Source of the DNA: an uncultured virus (IMG/VR IMGVR_UViG_3300044445_000196)
Taxonomy: Duplodnaviria > Heunggongvirae > Uroviricota > Caudoviricetes
DNA: 64,000 nt
Strand: one strand, 5' to 3'
IMG/VR virus record: IMGVR_UViG_3300044445_000196
The notes beneath the pieces are model-generated. The model ran no database searches and was not told the DNA's origin. It was given only the letters and a program-made list of their open reading frames with translations. Shown piece by piece: positions 8,837 through 20,000 of the stretch. The translations under genes and the position numbers were made by a program. How positions within the stretch are numbered: position 1 is the first letter of the stretch; every line of letters starts with the position of its first letter.

Positions 8837-10423
8837 GTGACCACCGTGGCAGATACCGACGCCACCGCTGCTCCCCCGGCTGAGAACCCCGGCGCGAAGC
8901 CGTCGAACGAGTCGACCGTCGTCACCGACGAGCAGATCCTCGCCGCCGTCTCCCCCTTGGCCTGGATGGGGAAGTCCCTCGTCGTCAGCGACCGTGCACT
9001 CATTGAACGGCGCATCCGCCGAAAGAACCTCTCCGCGTCCACCCATCAGAGCGTGTCCAGCTGCCAGGCGAAGTTCGCCATCGAGTCAGTGCTGCCGCGT
9101 GTGGTGAATCCCCTCGCCGCAAACGAACTCGGCTCTGGCGCGCACGAAGTCCTCGAGCGGCTGTACGAGAAGCCGGCGGAGAAGCGCACCTTGCGCGCTC
9201 TCCGCGCGCAGGTGCGTCCTGTCGCGGTGAAGGCCCTCGCCGCCCTCGAAGGCACCCCCGCCTACGACGAGATGTTCGCGGAGTACACCCGGACCATCGG
9301 CGAGTGGGCGGAGAAGATCTTCGCCCTCGAGAATCCCGCCGAGGTGCAGGTCTACAAGAACGAGCTGCAGATGAAGGGGCTCGTGCTCAGCAACGGAGTG
9401 CCTTTCGTGGGGTACCTCGACCGCACCCGGTACGAGGGCGACCTCGATGACTGGGAGAACGTCAAGCTCCTCATCGACGACTACAAGTTCGGCGCGAAGG
9501 TGAAGAAGCCGGACCGCTTCGGAGACCCGTACGGCGACCAGATGCGCCTGTATAAGGACGCCATCTTCCAGGAGTTCGGGAAAGAGGTCACCTCCGCGCG
9601 GCTGCTGTTCCCGCGCCAGGAGACCATCGTCGCAGCCGACCTCTCCCCCGCCGCCACCCGGGCGACTCTCGCCGCGTTCCGTCGGTCGTACGACCTGATG
9701 ACCACCGTCAGCGATGCGGCCGTGTTCCCCGCCATCCCCGGTGGGCTCTGCGGGTGGTGCCCGGCCGCGAACAGCTGCCCGGTCGCGAAAATCCCGAACG
9801 CCAAGGCGCGGGAGTCCGCGGCGACCCAACACGGCGGTGTGAACGGCCCCGTCGCCCTCGGCATCCCGACGGTGCGCGAGTTCACCACCCCACCGCGCAT
9901 GAACACCGCAGACGCCACCGGGGCGTCCGACAAGGAGATTCCCATGACTGTCGTCGACTCGTCGCCGAAGCTGCACTACCCCACCAACAAGTGGGCGGCG
10001 ATGAACACGGCCTCCCTCACGGACGCCGCCTCCGCGCACCTCTCGATCTGGGAGCAGCCGCTCAAGCCCGTCACCATCCGTGCCCTCACCCGCGTGCTCG
10101 CCGGCATCACCCGCGACATCCACGAGGACGTGTTCATGGGCGGTTTCGACTGGTCCTTCGACTCCGCATCCCGCGTCGTCTACTCCCTCAAGGAGTCGCT
10201 GAAGTCGCGCCCCGCGCCGTTCGGAAAGGACGCCGCGGAGTGGGAGAAGTGGCGTAAAACCCTCATCGGGCTGACGGCGGCGAAGCTGCGCATCGCGGTC
10301 CCCCTGACCGACGAGAACGAGTTCGGCACCCCCGACTTCGATGCCCTCATCGTCCACACCACCGTCCCCGAGCGCACCCGCGAGGCCAAAGCTCAGCCCG
10401 CCGCCGAGCCCGTCCCGGCCTGA
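8837..10423 (+). CDS. PD-(D/E)XK RecB/Cas4-like exonuclease
   Basis: GYLDR...IDDYK...QMRLY; CGWCPAANSC plus N-terminal Cys. Confidence 0.85.
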   Translation: MTTVADTDATAAPPAENPGAKPSNESTVVTDEQILAAVSPLAWMGKSLVVSDRALIERRIRRKNLSASTHQSVSSCQAKFAIESVLPRVVNPLAANELGSGAHEVLERLYEKPAEKRTLRALRAQVRPVAVKALAALEGTPAYDEMFAEYTRTIGEWAEKIFALENPAEVQVYKNELQMKGLVLSNGVPFVGYLDRTRYEGDLDDWENVKLLIDDYKFGAKVKKPDRFGDPYGDQMRLYKDAIFQEFGKEVTSARLLFPRQETIVAADLSPAATRATLAAFRRSYDLMTTVSDAAVFPAIPGGLCGWCPAANSCPVAKIPNAKARESAATQHGGVNGPVALGIPTVREFTTPPRMNTADATGASDKEIPMTVVDSSPKLHYPTNKWAAMNTASLTDAASAHLSIWEQPLKPVTIRALTRVLAGITRDIHEDVFMGGFDWSFDSASRVVYSLKESLKSRPAPFGKDAAEWEKWRKTLIGLTAAKLRIAVPLTDENEFGTPDFDALIVHTTVPERTREAKAQPAAEPVPA

Positions 10424-10456
10424 CCCACCTTTTCCGCGGCGCCGCGCATAGGGGCT

Positions 10457-11077
10457 GTGGAATCCACCACCGAACAGATACGGAACCAGAACATGTCGGA
10501 ATCCTTCACCGATGAGACCAAGCAGAGCCTCATCATCGCCGCCTCCATCGTCGCCGGGCCCAATGCGTCCTCCGCGGATGTCGCGAAGCACGTCCAGCGC
10601 ATCGGCGGCTACCTGAACCCCGCCAGCGATGTCCAGCGCGCGTTTGTCCAGATGGACAAGGACGCCGCCGCCACCGTCAAGACGTCCGGCTTCATCGGCA
10701 CCATCATCGGCTTCGCGAAGGAAGAGACCTCCAAGCGCGGCGTCGTGATGTTCCACACCTCCGTGACCACGCACACGCCCGAGGCGAAGGAGCACCTGCG
10801 CACCGACTTCCTCGACGACGGCGGACCGGTGTCCGACATGATGAACGCCGTCAAGGACGGCCTCGTGGGTCACAAGGTCCAGGTGCAGTTCGACCTGGTC
10901 AAGAAGAACGACGGCTCGGGCCACAGCGTCCGCGTGCTGCGCAGCATCACCGACCGCGGCGTCGACCCCGAGTACAACGCCAACGACTCGGCCTACCAGC
11001 CGTTCTACGTGGACGGTCAGAAGGCGAACAGCATCGCGAAGCTCACGATGTTCCCGCGCGTGCCGGTCGCCGCCTGA
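10457..11077 (+). CDS. Hypothetical protein
   Basis: Clean ORF, class A motif 10442-10451, hairpin 11091-11124 downstream. Confidence 0.75.
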   Translation: MESTTEQIRNQNMSESFTDETKQSLIIAASIVAGPNASSADVAKHVQRIGGYLNPASDVQRAFVQMDKDAAATVKTSGFIGTIIGFAKEETSKRGVVMFHTSVTTHTPEAKEHLRTDFLDDGGPVSDMMNAVKDGLVGHKVQVQFDLVKKNDGSGHSVRVLRSITDRGVDPEYNANDSAYQPFYVDGQKANSIAKLTMFPRVPVAA

Positions 11078-11143
11078 CCCGCACCGCCCCGCTCGGCCCG
11101 CACAGTCCTCGGTGCGGGCCGAGCCCGTTCCCGGAGGAAACCG

Positions 11144-12001
11144 ATGACCCACGAGACCCCGTCCTACGTCACCGACGGTTTACGCCTGCTCGACGCTCTC
11201 TGGAATGAGCGGTACGAGGGCGGCCGGGACATGTCCGCGCGCACCGCCAACCACGGCGGTCAGGAGATCGTCACCCCGACGTTCGAGCTGCGCGCCTACT
11301 GCTGGTGCTCGGGCGAACGCCAGGACCACGAGGAGAACTGCCCACCGAACTTCCGGCATCCCGCCAGCGGGCTCGAGGTGCTCTGGTACAAGCACGCCGA
11401 GCGCGGGTCGACCGTCAACGTCGTCCCCAGCGTATTGCAGTGGGCCTCGGTGCTGCGAGAGTGCATCGACGCCGTGCTCGCCTCCCCACCCCCGTACCGC
11501 GTCCTCATCACCGGGTCCCGGGAGTTCGGCGCGGGCCTCCGGCACCCGCAGTCGAAGAGCCGTTTCCGTGACGACTGGGCCAGCGTTCCGTCCGCGCAGC
11601 GTGACGCGATGGTCGAGGCGTTCCGTGGTGCACGAGAGCGCGCCGGCGGACGCCCCATCGTCGTGGTGGAAGGGGACGCCGCGGGCGCTGACCGGCTCGC
11701 TGGGGCACTGGCGCGACGTTCCGGCTGTGAGGTGGAGGAATGGCCCGCCCTCTGGCGCCGCGAGGACGGAAGCCTTCGCGGCGGGTATGACCGCGCGGAG
11801 GCGTTGCGCGTGCGGTCGGTGTACAGCCCTGCCGGCGGGTACTACCGGCAGGCGGGCCCGGAACGAAACCGCGCGATGGTCGCGTCTGGGGCTGATGAGT
11901 GCCTCGCGTTCCGCGCCGTCGGCGCCGGCAACCGGGGAACGGACGACTGCATCGCTGTGGCCAAAGCTGCCGGTATCCCCGTCACTGTCATCGAGGCGTA
12001 G
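11144..12001 (+). CDS. SLOG (DUF2493/YspA-like) domain protein with N-terminal Cys-containing domain
   Basis: VLITGSR...EGDAAGAD...AGPERN..M...GT motifs. Confidence 0.8.
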   Translation: MTHETPSYVTDGLRLLDALWNERYEGGRDMSARTANHGGQEIVTPTFELRAYCWCSGERQDHEENCPPNFRHPASGLEVLWYKHAERGSTVNVVPSVLQWASVLRECIDAVLASPPPYRVLITGSREFGAGLRHPQSKSRFRDDWASVPSAQRDAMVEAFRGARERAGGRPIVVVEGDAAGADRLAGALARRSGCEVEEWPALWRREDGSLRGGYDRAEALRVRSVYSPAGGYYRQAGPERNRAMVASGADECLAFRAVGAGNRGTDDCIAVAKAAGIPVTVIEA

Positions 12002-12016
12002 CTGGCCCCGCATCCG

Positions 12017-12211
12017 TCACGGCAGGGCGTTGTGCTCGTCGTCCTCAAGCAGGTCCAGGCAGTAGCACTCGCAGTGCGTCCGGCCGAGCCCGCCGACGAG
12101 TTCGCGGGACCCGTCGCAGACCTCGTGACGGTCGGTGACGCACTCTCTGCAGCGCTGGGTCAGGAGGATCTGGGCCTCGACGATCCCGTTCGGGTTTGCT
12201 CCCGGGGTCAC
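12017..12211 (-). CDS. Small Cys-rich protein
   Basis: CRECVTDRHEVC...CECYC; GTGA overlap with upstream gene. Confidence 0.5.
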   Translation of the reverse strand: MTPGANPNGIVEAQILLTQRCRECVTDRHEVCDGSRELVGGLGRTHCECYCLDLLEDDEHNALP

Positions 12212-12600
12212 GGGCGCGCGGCGACCGCGTCGACGCCAGCGGTGAGCCGGACCGTGCAGTCGCGCATCGGCGCCGGCTCTCTTAGCTGGCGTACCTCTTC
12301 GCACTCACGCACCAGGGCGCTGAGGCCCCTGACAGCGGTTGCGCTGGGGGCGGGGGCGTCGTCGATGGTGTCCCGGGCGGCGTTCAGCGCGTCCGAGAGC
12401 TCGATCTGCGCGTCGAGGACGTCATCGCGCCCCGATACGGCCGCGGCCCACGATTGCACGGTGGTGACGGCGTTCGGCAGCTGCCAGACCCCCAGGGAGG
12501 CGATGAGGGCGACGCCTGCGATGGCCGCGGCGATCTTGGTCGCTCGGGCGCGGGCGTAGTAGCGGGCGGTGTCCGCCAGGGTTCGGTCCAGCCGCACCAT
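12208..12600 (-). CDS. Membrane-anchored hypothetical protein
   Basis: One TM segment; class A motif 12630-12639. Confidence 0.6.
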   Translation of the reverse strand: MVRLDRTLADTARYYARARATKIAAAIAGVALIASLGVWQLPNAVTTVQSWAAAVSGRDDVLDAQIELSDALNAARDTIDDAPAPSATAVRGLSALVRECEEVRQLREPAPMRDCTVRLTAGVDAVAARP

Positions 12601-12638
12601 GCGCTCTCCTGTTCGTGGGGGTGCGTCGTCTATGCGCG

Positions 12639-12675
12639 ACGAAGCCGAGGGGGAGGTGTGCCCCCTCGGCTTCGT
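12639..12675 (-). terminator. Hairpin terminator after ssb
   Basis: ACGAAGCCGAGGGGG / CCCCCTCGGCTTCGT. Confidence 0.75.
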
Positions 12676-12691
12676 AGGTGTGCGCGTTCGG

Positions 12692-13213
12692 TCAGAACGA
12701 CACGTCGTCATCGGCCGGAGCCGTGACGGGGGCCGCGGCCGCGGCGGGCTGCACCGCGGGCGTGGCGGCAGCGGCCACGGGGGCCGACTGCTGGGAGGCG
12801 GTGTCCACGACGGGGGCCGGGGCCTGTCCGCCGTTCTGGGCGTTGCCGCTGGCCGCGCGGGTGACCGACGCGGTGGCGTAGCGGAGCGAGGGACCGATCT
12901 CGTCGATCTCCAGCTCGATGCTCGTGCGGTTGTTGCCCTCGCGGTCCTGGTAGCTGCGCTGCTTGAGACGACCGGTCGCGATGACGCGGGAGCCCTTCGT
13001 CAGCGAGCCGGCCACGTGCTCCGCGAACTCGCGCCAGACCGAGGCGCGCATGAAGAGCGCCTCGCCGTCCTTCCACTCGTTCGCCTGACGGTCGAACTCG
13101 CGGGGGGTGGACGCGATGGTGAGGTTCGCCACCGGCAGACCGTTCTGCGTGTACCGGAGCTCCGGGTCCGCGGTCAGGTTTCCGACGATGGTGATGGTGG
13201 TTTCGCCAGCCAT
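12692..13213 (-). CDS. ssb: Single-stranded DNA-binding protein
   Basis: [22 protein letters not shown] actinobacterial SSB start; acidic tail DDDVSF. Confidence 0.97.
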   Translation of the reverse strand: MAGETTITIVGNLTADPELRYTQNGLPVANLTIASTPREFDRQANEWKDGEALFMRASVWREFAEHVAGSLTKGSRVIATGRLKQRSYQDREGNNRTSIELEIDEIGPSLRYATASVTRAASGNAQNGGQAPAPVVDTASQQSAPVAAAATPAVQPAAAAAPVTAPADDDVSF

Positions 13214-13378
13214 GATGTGTTCCGTATGTCTTTCCGTGATGCCCTTTCGGGCGGCGATCCGAGGTGGGGAGGTCCCGTCTCGGGGTGTTCAAGTCCCCGG
13301 GGTGGGGGCTTGTACGTCCTCTATGCGCGGTGTCTCACATCCGGTGTGACACTCGCCCTGTCGAGGTCGATGTGTGCC

Positions 13379-13819
13379 CTATGCGCTTTCTCTGCGCCGA
13401 GATGCGTCGACGTGCGCACGGACTGTCAGCTGAGCGCCGACGTCGTCGGGGTAGGCGAGGAGGCGGTGCTTCGCCTGCTCGAGGAAGGCTGCTGCTGCCC
13501 GGCGCTCCACGCGTGAGTACCGGCGGCGCAGGGAGCGCGCGCGGGACGCATCGGTCGTGCTGCGGATGGCCGCCCCCAGCTCAAGCATTCGGGCACCATG
13601 ACGCTCGACGCGGTCGCCGAGGCTTACGGCTCGACCGAGCCACGGGTCTGCGATGCAGTTGGAGCGCGCCTCCGACGCGTGCGCCCAGCGGTGAAGGCGG
13701 GGGAAGCGCTCCAGGCGGTCCCCGAGCACACGTTCCACGGTGAGCCCCGCGTCGTAGCGGACGGTGGCGTAAAGGTTGCGCAGCGGATTGGCGCTGTCGC
13801 GGCGCGCGGTGCCCGTCAT
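13379..13819 (-). CDS. Hypothetical protein
   Basis: Coupled to upstream ORF by ATGA overlap. Confidence 0.55.
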   Translation of the reverse strand: MTGTARRDSANPLRNLYATVRYDAGLTVERVLGDRLERFPRLHRWAHASEARSNCIADPWLGRAVSLGDRVERHGARMLELGAAIRSTTDASRARSLRRRYSRVERRAAAAFLEQAKHRLLAYPDDVGAQLTVRAHVDASRRRESA

Positions 13820-14034
13820 CGCTCGTCCTCGTCGGGAACGACGGCCATGTGGTCCAGCAGGTCTTGCGTGATGTCGGGGCGACCTCCTTTGGCGCGTCGG
13901 CGCTTCCACTCCTCGATCTCTTCCTCAGCGCTCTCCTGGCTCAACCAGGTGCCCATGCTGACGGGCTTGCGAGTGCGGGAGTCGATGATGCGGAAGCGCT
14001 CCCGAGCGGGCGGCGCGGCCGGGGTCTCAGCCAC
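13816..14034 (-). CDS. Small hypothetical protein
   Basis: GTG start overlapping the end of the orn-like gene. Confidence 0.55.
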   Translation of the reverse strand: MAETPAAPPARERFRIIDSRTRKPVSMGTWLSQESAEEEIEEWKRRRAKGGRPDITQDLLDHMAVVPDEDER

Positions 14035-14920
14035 GGTGGCCCTCCCCCGTGACGGCCGCGTCGACGAGAGCACCTCGGACAGCGGCCAGGGCGGTGTCGG
14101 GGTGCATCCCGTTCGTGGAGGCGAGCAGGCGCAGCAGCTGCTGGGTGATGTCCATGAAGCCGGCGACGACCTCGATGGCGGGGACACCTTCGAGCAGCGA
14201 CTGGATGACCTGGGGTGGGCGGACGGTGGCGATCTCCGTGCCGTCGGCGTTCAGGAACGAGTCGTGCTCGGCGTACTGCTCCGTCAACGCGAGGGCGAGG
14301 AGCCGGCGAGCGGTCGGGTCGGTGGTGTGCCCGTCCATGACCGAGGCGGAGTAGACGGCGTCGAACGCGCGGAGGTGGCGGATGTCGTCTTCGATGTCGG
14401 CCATGGCCCGGTGGGTCTTCTCCGGCTTCGGGGGGACGATGGGAAGCCCCGTCACCTGCTGGTAGCGCTTTCGTGCGGAGGAGAGGTCCTGCTCGTCGTA
14501 GGTGAGACGCGCGGCCAGGCGCGGCAGCTGCACCTGGATCTGCGGGCGGTCGTAGCGGGCGACACCGGAGCCTGCGATGACGACCTTCTGGTCGGCAGGC
14601 AGCTCAGCCAACAGGGCGAGCACGGCGTCCTCGGCGTCAGAGAGGGTGGGGAGGTCCTCGGCGCCGGGGGTGGTGAGCTCTGCCAGCAGCCCGTTGACGG
14701 TGTGCATGTTCAGCACGAATGGGATGGCGTGCAGTTCTTCGAGGTCCTCGGGCGTCGGGCGCACGACGGTCTCGTAGCGGCCGTACTCGTGGGCGAGGTC
14801 GGAGGACATCAGAATGGCGGCGACTTCGAAGATGCCGCAGTGCGCGACCTCATCGGGGGTTGCTCCCTCACGGAGGCCGGGGCCCTCGAAGTCGAGGAAG
14901 AGCAGGGGTGCGGAGGTCAT
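14027..14920 (-). CDS. orn: Oligoribonuclease-like DEDDh exonuclease with C-terminal extension
   Basis: LFLDFE, MHTVNGLL, YDR, HRAMADI motifs. Confidence 0.8.
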   Translation of the reverse strand: MTSAPLLFLDFEGPGLREGATPDEVAHCGIFEVAAILMSSDLAHEYGRYETVVRPTPEDLEELHAIPFVLNMHTVNGLLAELTTPGAEDLPTLSDAEDAVLALLAELPADQKVVIAGSGVARYDRPQIQVQLPRLAARLTYDEQDLSSARKRYQQVTGLPIVPPKPEKTHRAMADIEDDIRHLRAFDAVYSASVMDGHTTDPTARRLLALALTEQYAEHDSFLNADGTEIATVRPPQVIQSLLEGVPAIEVVAGFMDITQQLLRLLASTNGMHPDTALAAVRGALVDAAVTGEGHRG

Positions 14921-15012
14921 GGGGTCCTTCTCGGAGGTGGCGCGGGCGGGGTTCGCCTTGTGCTGGACCTCATCCATGCGCGGTGTCTGTGGCACGCGGT
15001 ACGCTTCGCCGC

Positions 15013-15456
15013 ATGGCACGAGTACGGCCGCCGGCGCTGGCGGAGGACCAGGCGGAGTACGACCGGCTGCACGCCGTGACCGAGTGGGCTGAGGGGTGGG
15101 GGGCCTCGCTGCCCCTGCTGATCTTTCTCGGCTTCGCCATATCGTGCGGGCTGGGGATGCTCGCGTGGTGGGCGACTGGCTATGACACGGCCCTTGCGAC
15201 CACGACGGCTGTCGTCAGCGCGGTGGGTGTCCTCGCTGGCGTAATCGTCGCTGCGGTGCGCATTGAGCGTCCCCGTCGGGCGGCGGTGGCTCGCCGGAAG
15301 GTGTTGGAGTCCCGCGCGCAGGAGAGGTACGCGCAGATGGACGAGCAGGCCGCGAGGTACCGAGCGTTCGGAAACCCAGATGACCCCGAACCCCGCTACT
15401 ACCGCCCGCGCACGCACCGGCCGTGGAACCCCGGCGCTCGTGGGCGCCGTCGCTGA
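15013..15456 (+). CDS. Two-TM membrane protein (paralog 1)
   Basis: Two hydrophobic segments; TACGCT 7 nt before ATG. Confidence 0.75.
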   Translation: MARVRPPALAEDQAEYDRLHAVTEWAEGWGASLPLLIFLGFAISCGLGMLAWWATGYDTALATTTAVVSAVGVLAGVIVAAVRIERPRRAAVARRKVLESRAQERYAQMDEQAARYRAFGNPDDPEPRYYRPRTHRPWNPGARGRRR

Positions 15457-15523
15457 CCGTGAACGTGTCGGCGGTGGCGAGGTGTCGAAGACGGTGTCCG
15501 ACGGCCGAGCTACGCTGCACGGC

Positions 15524-15979
15524 ATGAACACGACCCGGCGGGTGGTACTCGATGAGGACGTGCCCGAGTTCCACCGCCTGCACGAGATGCTCGATTCCGG
15601 GTTTCGCCGCGCAGAGATGTGGGGAGTGCTGTGGGCCTTCTTGGCGACCGCCGGTGTCGTCGGGATCGCCATGCTCGTCGGGCTCGGCACGGGCTATACC
15701 AACGAGTTCGTGATCGTGGCCTCGGTGGCGGTCTATGGCGTCCTCCTCGGCGGGTTGATGATTGTGGCCGTGAAGTTCGGCAAGCGCCGTCGCGCTGCAA
15801 AGCGTCGTCTCACGGCGCTTCGCGCTCGCGCTACGCAGCGGTACGCGGAACTGGACAGGGAAGCCGCGCTCGAAGAGGAGCGCTGGAGAAACAGCAACGA
15901 CGTGCTCTACGAACCGCGCTACTACCCCCGCAGGTCCTATCGCCCCTCCTACCCGGGTAGGGGTAGCCGTCGCCGCTAG
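15524..15979 (+). CDS. Two-TM membrane protein (paralog 2)
   Basis: Shares E-[FY]-x-RLH, RA-x2-RYA, EPRYY with paralog 1; TACGCT 7 nt before ATG. Confidence 0.75.
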   Translation: MNTTRRVVLDEDVPEFHRLHEMLDSGFRRAEMWGVLWAFLATAGVVGIAMLVGLGTGYTNEFVIVASVAVYGVLLGGLMIVAVKFGKRRRAAKRRLTALRARATQRYAELDREAALEEERWRNSNDVLYEPRYYPRRSYRPSYPGRGSRRR

Positions 15980-16019
15980 CTGTTGGCATCCCACGAAAGT
16001 GCGCGTTCGCCCACACAAG

Positions 16020-16050
16020 TGAAGGCCGCCCCGGCGAGGGGCGGCCTTCA
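16020..16050. terminator. Bidirectional hairpin terminator
   Basis: TGAAGGCCGCCCC / GGGGCGGCCTTCA between convergent genes. Confidence 0.75.
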
Positions 16051-16075
16051 GGGCGCGCGAGGAGGTGGTCTGCCG

Positions 16076-17020
16076 TCAGTGGGCAGGGGTGGGGACAGCC
16101 GCCTCTCGCGCGCGGTCGGGGGCGTGGTGGTAGGAGGGGCAACGGTGCCCGGCCAGGCGGTCGGCGTACACGTAATTCCCGCAGTCGTGCATCTCCACCT
16201 GGAACGTCGGCGCCTTGCGCTTGACGAGCGCGTTGTACGCGCTGCCGAGGGACGGCGCGCTCATCATCTCCTCGTACGTGTCGGGATCGACGTGGTAGCC
16301 GTAGACGCGACCCTGCAGGTTCATCACCAGCTGCTCGTCGTGCGGGTTGTAGCCGACGCCGTGGATCCAGGAGGAGTCCACCGTTTTCACCTTCACGCCC
16401 TGCGCTGCCAGGCGCTCCCGGCGGCGCTCGAGGATGTCGCGGACCTCGCTGAGCCCGCGGGAGGGGCGGCGGGCCTCGAGCGAGGCGAGGACGGACTCGG
16501 CGACGTACGCGCCGTGCTCTTTCGGCATCTGCACTGCGGAGACGGAGTAGCGGCCGCCTCCGTGGCTGGTGACGCGGACGTGGCCGGTGACGGGGCCGTG
16601 TGGGGTGACCGCTTCCACGGGGACATCGAAGGTGGTGCCGTGCTCTTTCGCGTACCGGCGGATGGAGGTCACCGAGGGCATCCGCACCTCGGTGTCCGCG
16701 CCTTCGTAGCGGCGCAGCATCGAGCGGGTGCCGGAGGCGCCGCGCTGCGGCATGACCTCGTACTGGCCAGCCTCCGCGATGCTGTTCGTCCGCTCCCACC
16801 ACTTCTCGGTGTCGTCGGTCTCGGCGAGCTTGAACTGCGGTTGGGCGGGGACGAACCCGAATTGCTCGAGCTGGCGACGGCGGGATTCGAGCAGGGACTC
16901 GGTCGTGACGGCGGCGGGGAGGGTCGTCTCGGGGGCGGTGTGCTCCTGGGCGCCGAAGGTGCCGTTCTGCTGACGTGCGGCCTCGCGGGCTGCCCGGTGG
17001 TGTGCGCTCATCATCGTCAT
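16076..17020 (-). CDS. Tagged protein with C-terminal KTSC domain
   Basis: EAARQQNGTFGAQEHTAPE; VDSSWIHGVGYN...SAPSLGSAYNALVK; class B motif 17028-17037. Confidence 0.85.
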   Translation of the reverse strand: MTMMSAHHRAAREAARQQNGTFGAQEHTAPETTLPAAVTTESLLESRRRQLEQFGFVPAQPQFKLAETDDTEKWWERTNSIAEAGQYEVMPQRGASGTRSMLRRYEGADTEVRMPSVTSIRRYAKEHGTTFDVPVEAVTPHGPVTGHVRVTSHGGGRYSVSAVQMPKEHGAYVAESVLASLEARRPSRGLSEVRDILERRRERLAAQGVKVKTVDSSWIHGVGYNPHDEQLVMNLQGRVYGYHVDPDTYEEMMSAPSLGSAYNALVKRKAPTFQVEMHDCGNYVYADRLAGHRCPSYHHAPDRAREAAVPTPAH

Positions 17021-17091
17021 GCCGCCCATGTACGCGGGCGGGTGAAAAGTCGGCGGGGTGAGCCTCTCTCCTTGCTCACCCCGCCGTTCGA

Positions 17092-20000
17092 CTACCCCAC
17101 GATGTCGACGATGGCGATGACGCGCCCGTCGAGGGAGTATTCGAAGTGGTCGCGCGTCATGACGCGCCCCTCCGGCAGGAGCCGGGCGCCGCGCTCGTGC
17201 AGGTGCTGCGGGATCGCGGCCATGATGCGGATCTTGTTGTACGCCGCTGCGCGAGTCATCGTCAGGCGGAGCGGCCCGTCCCCCGGCTCCTCGACGTCGT
17301 CCGGGACACCGAAATCGGGAAGGTCGTCGACGGGGTCGATGATTGCTTCCGCGACGGGCTCGACCTCCGGGATCTCCAGCTCCGGCGCGCTCGGGGCCTC
17401 GGCGATTTCGATGACGGGGGCGATGTTCAGTGCGGGAACGACGACCTCTGTCGGCAGGGCACCGACAATGGGGTCGTCGAGGTGGACCTCGTCGATACGG
17501 CGGACGGTGAGCTGGCGGATCTTCTTGAGGGTGATGTTGCCCTCGTCGTCTTCCTGCTCGTACTCGCGGATGCCGACCTTCGCGGTGACCGCGACCGGCC
17601 ACCCGATCTGGGGGATGCCGATCTCGCGCTGCTCGGTGAGCTCGCCGTCCCACATGATGCAGTCGACGCGTTCGGTGGAGCCTTCCAGCACGATGGCGGC
17701 CTTACGCCCTCCCTTGTAGGAGCCTTCGGCGAACTGTGCGAGCAGGCCGATGACGGTGACGAGGCCGCCGGGCTCGGTCGGGATGAGGCCGATGGGAATG
17801 CCGCACTCTTCGACGATGCCGTACCCGGTGGCGACCTTCTTCTTCCACGACCTCACCTGGTCGCGGAAGACGACGAGAGGGTGGGCACCGAGGCTGACGC
17901 CCAGGCGCTGACGCTGGCGGGCGGAGCGCTCGATGAGACCCCACTCGATGTCGGGAACCGGCGCGGGCAGCGGCTCATCCGCCAGGCGGGCGACCATGGC
18001 GAGCCCGTAGCGGGGGCCGAAGGCGTCCAGCGCGCCCGCTTCGATGAGGCTGGCGATGTTGTTGGCCGGCAGGCGCTTGATGCCCGCTTCGTCAACCCGG
18101 ACCCGGTTGACCAGGTCCGTGAGGTTCTTGAAGCGGCCGCCCTGGTCTCGGTAGCGGACGACCGAGTCCCCGGCGCCGGAGACGCCGGCGACCTCGCTGA
18201 GGCCGATGCGGACCTTCGTCATCCCCTCCGGTGTGGAACGTGCGCGAGAGAGGTTCACGTCGGGGGCGAGCACCTCGATGCCCTCGGCCGGCAGGGCGAG
18301 CAGTGCCTCGATGCGACGGTCGGTCTCGGTGGTGTTGGCGAGGATGGCCGCGCCGTACGCCCCGGGCCAGTTGGCTTTGAGGAATGCGGTGTAGTAGCCG
18401 ATGTAGGCGTACGCCATCGAGTGGGAGGCGTTGAACGCGTAGGAGGCCGCCCCCTCGAACATCGACCAGATGCGGTCGGCGGTGTCCTTCCGGAAGACGG
18501 GACTGATGACCTGCCCGTACTCGTCGCGGAACTCTTTCCCGGCGCCGTCGAGGAAGATGTCCTTCACCTGCGCCATCTTCACCTTGTCCTTCTTGCCGAT
18601 GGCGCGGCGCAGGCTCGAGCGCTGACCGGCATCGAAACCGGCCAGGGTGGTGCCCAGGAGCATCATCTGCTCCTGGTACGCGAGGATGCCGAACGACTTC
18701 CCCAGCCGCGTGGCGATCCACTCCTGCTCGACGGTGTCGCTGGTGTACAGGTCGTAGGTGACGGCCTCCTTGCCGTTCTTCCGCAAGCCGTAGTGCTCGG
18801 GCATTCCGGCGCTGATGGGGCCGGGGCGGAAGAGGGCGTAGATGGCGGAGAGGTGCTCTTCGTTCTCGGGTTGCACGTCCTGGATGAGCTGGGTCATGGC
18901 GGGGCCCTCCGCCTGAAAGATGCCGGCGGTGCGCCCCTCCCGCAGGAGCTGCCAGGCACGGTCGACGCGCGGGTCGCCCTTCGTGGAGGGATGCGGAATC
19001 GTCTCCATCGTGAGAACCTCACCGGTCTGCTCGGCGATGTAGTCGAACGCGGTGTGCATGATGTCGAGGTTGCGCAACGACAGGATGTCGAGCTTGAGCA
19101 GACCGAACTTCTCGCAGTCCTTCGAATCCCACTGGGTCACCAGACGTACACGCTCGGTGCCGTCGGGCAGCTCGGTCTTCTTCTGACGCAGCGGGATGAG
19201 GTCGGGGAGGTAGCGGTCGCTGATGATGACACCGCAGGCGTGAATGGACGCACCGTTGACGATGCTGTCGAAGCTCTGCGCGAGCTCGAGCACCTCCTGG
19301 GCTGCAGCACCGCCCTTTTCAAGCACGCGACGGAACTCAGCGGTCTGCGTGTTGTCGGGGTTCAGCAGCTCCTCGAAAGGCATGGGATTGCCTTCGACGA
19401 CCGGGATGACCTTCGTGAGCTTCGCGCCGAGCGCGCCCTCCCCCAGCAGCCGGGCGGCGTCTTTCACCGCGCGTCGGGACTTGGAGACGCCGTAGCTGCC
19501 GATGAGGGCGACGTGGCCCTCACCCCAGCGGTATTCGAGGTAGTCCAGGATGTCTTCGCGGCGCAGGCGCTCGAAGTCGATGTCGAAGTCGGGCCAGTCG
19601 CTGCGGCCGCGCTCGATGAAGCGCTCGAACAGCAGGTCGTGGCGGAGGGGGTCAAGCCCTGTGATGCCGAGGGCGTAGGCGACCATCGAGCCGGCGCCGG
19701 AGCCGCGGCCGGGGCCGACGAGGATGGGAGCTTTCGTCCCGGAGCAGCCGTCGACGTCGCAGTCGTAGGTCTCCGCCCCGTGCGCGCGCACGGTCTGGTG
19801 GATGCATGCGCGAGATTTCGCCCAGTCGCAGACGTCCCACACGATGAGGAAGTAGTCCTCGAAACCCATATAGGTGATGACCTCCCATTCAACGTTGAGG
19901 CGGTCTTTCACCTCCTGCGGGAGCTCGTCCCCGTAGATGCGCTTCGCCCCGGCGAGCACCTGCGAGAACAGGTACTTGCGGCTGTTAGTGACCCCATCGG

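Noticed and set aside
13335..13349. TCACA-N5-TGTGA as a CRP site
   Set aside because: Half-site order and spacing do not match TGTGA-N6-TCACA; single copy.
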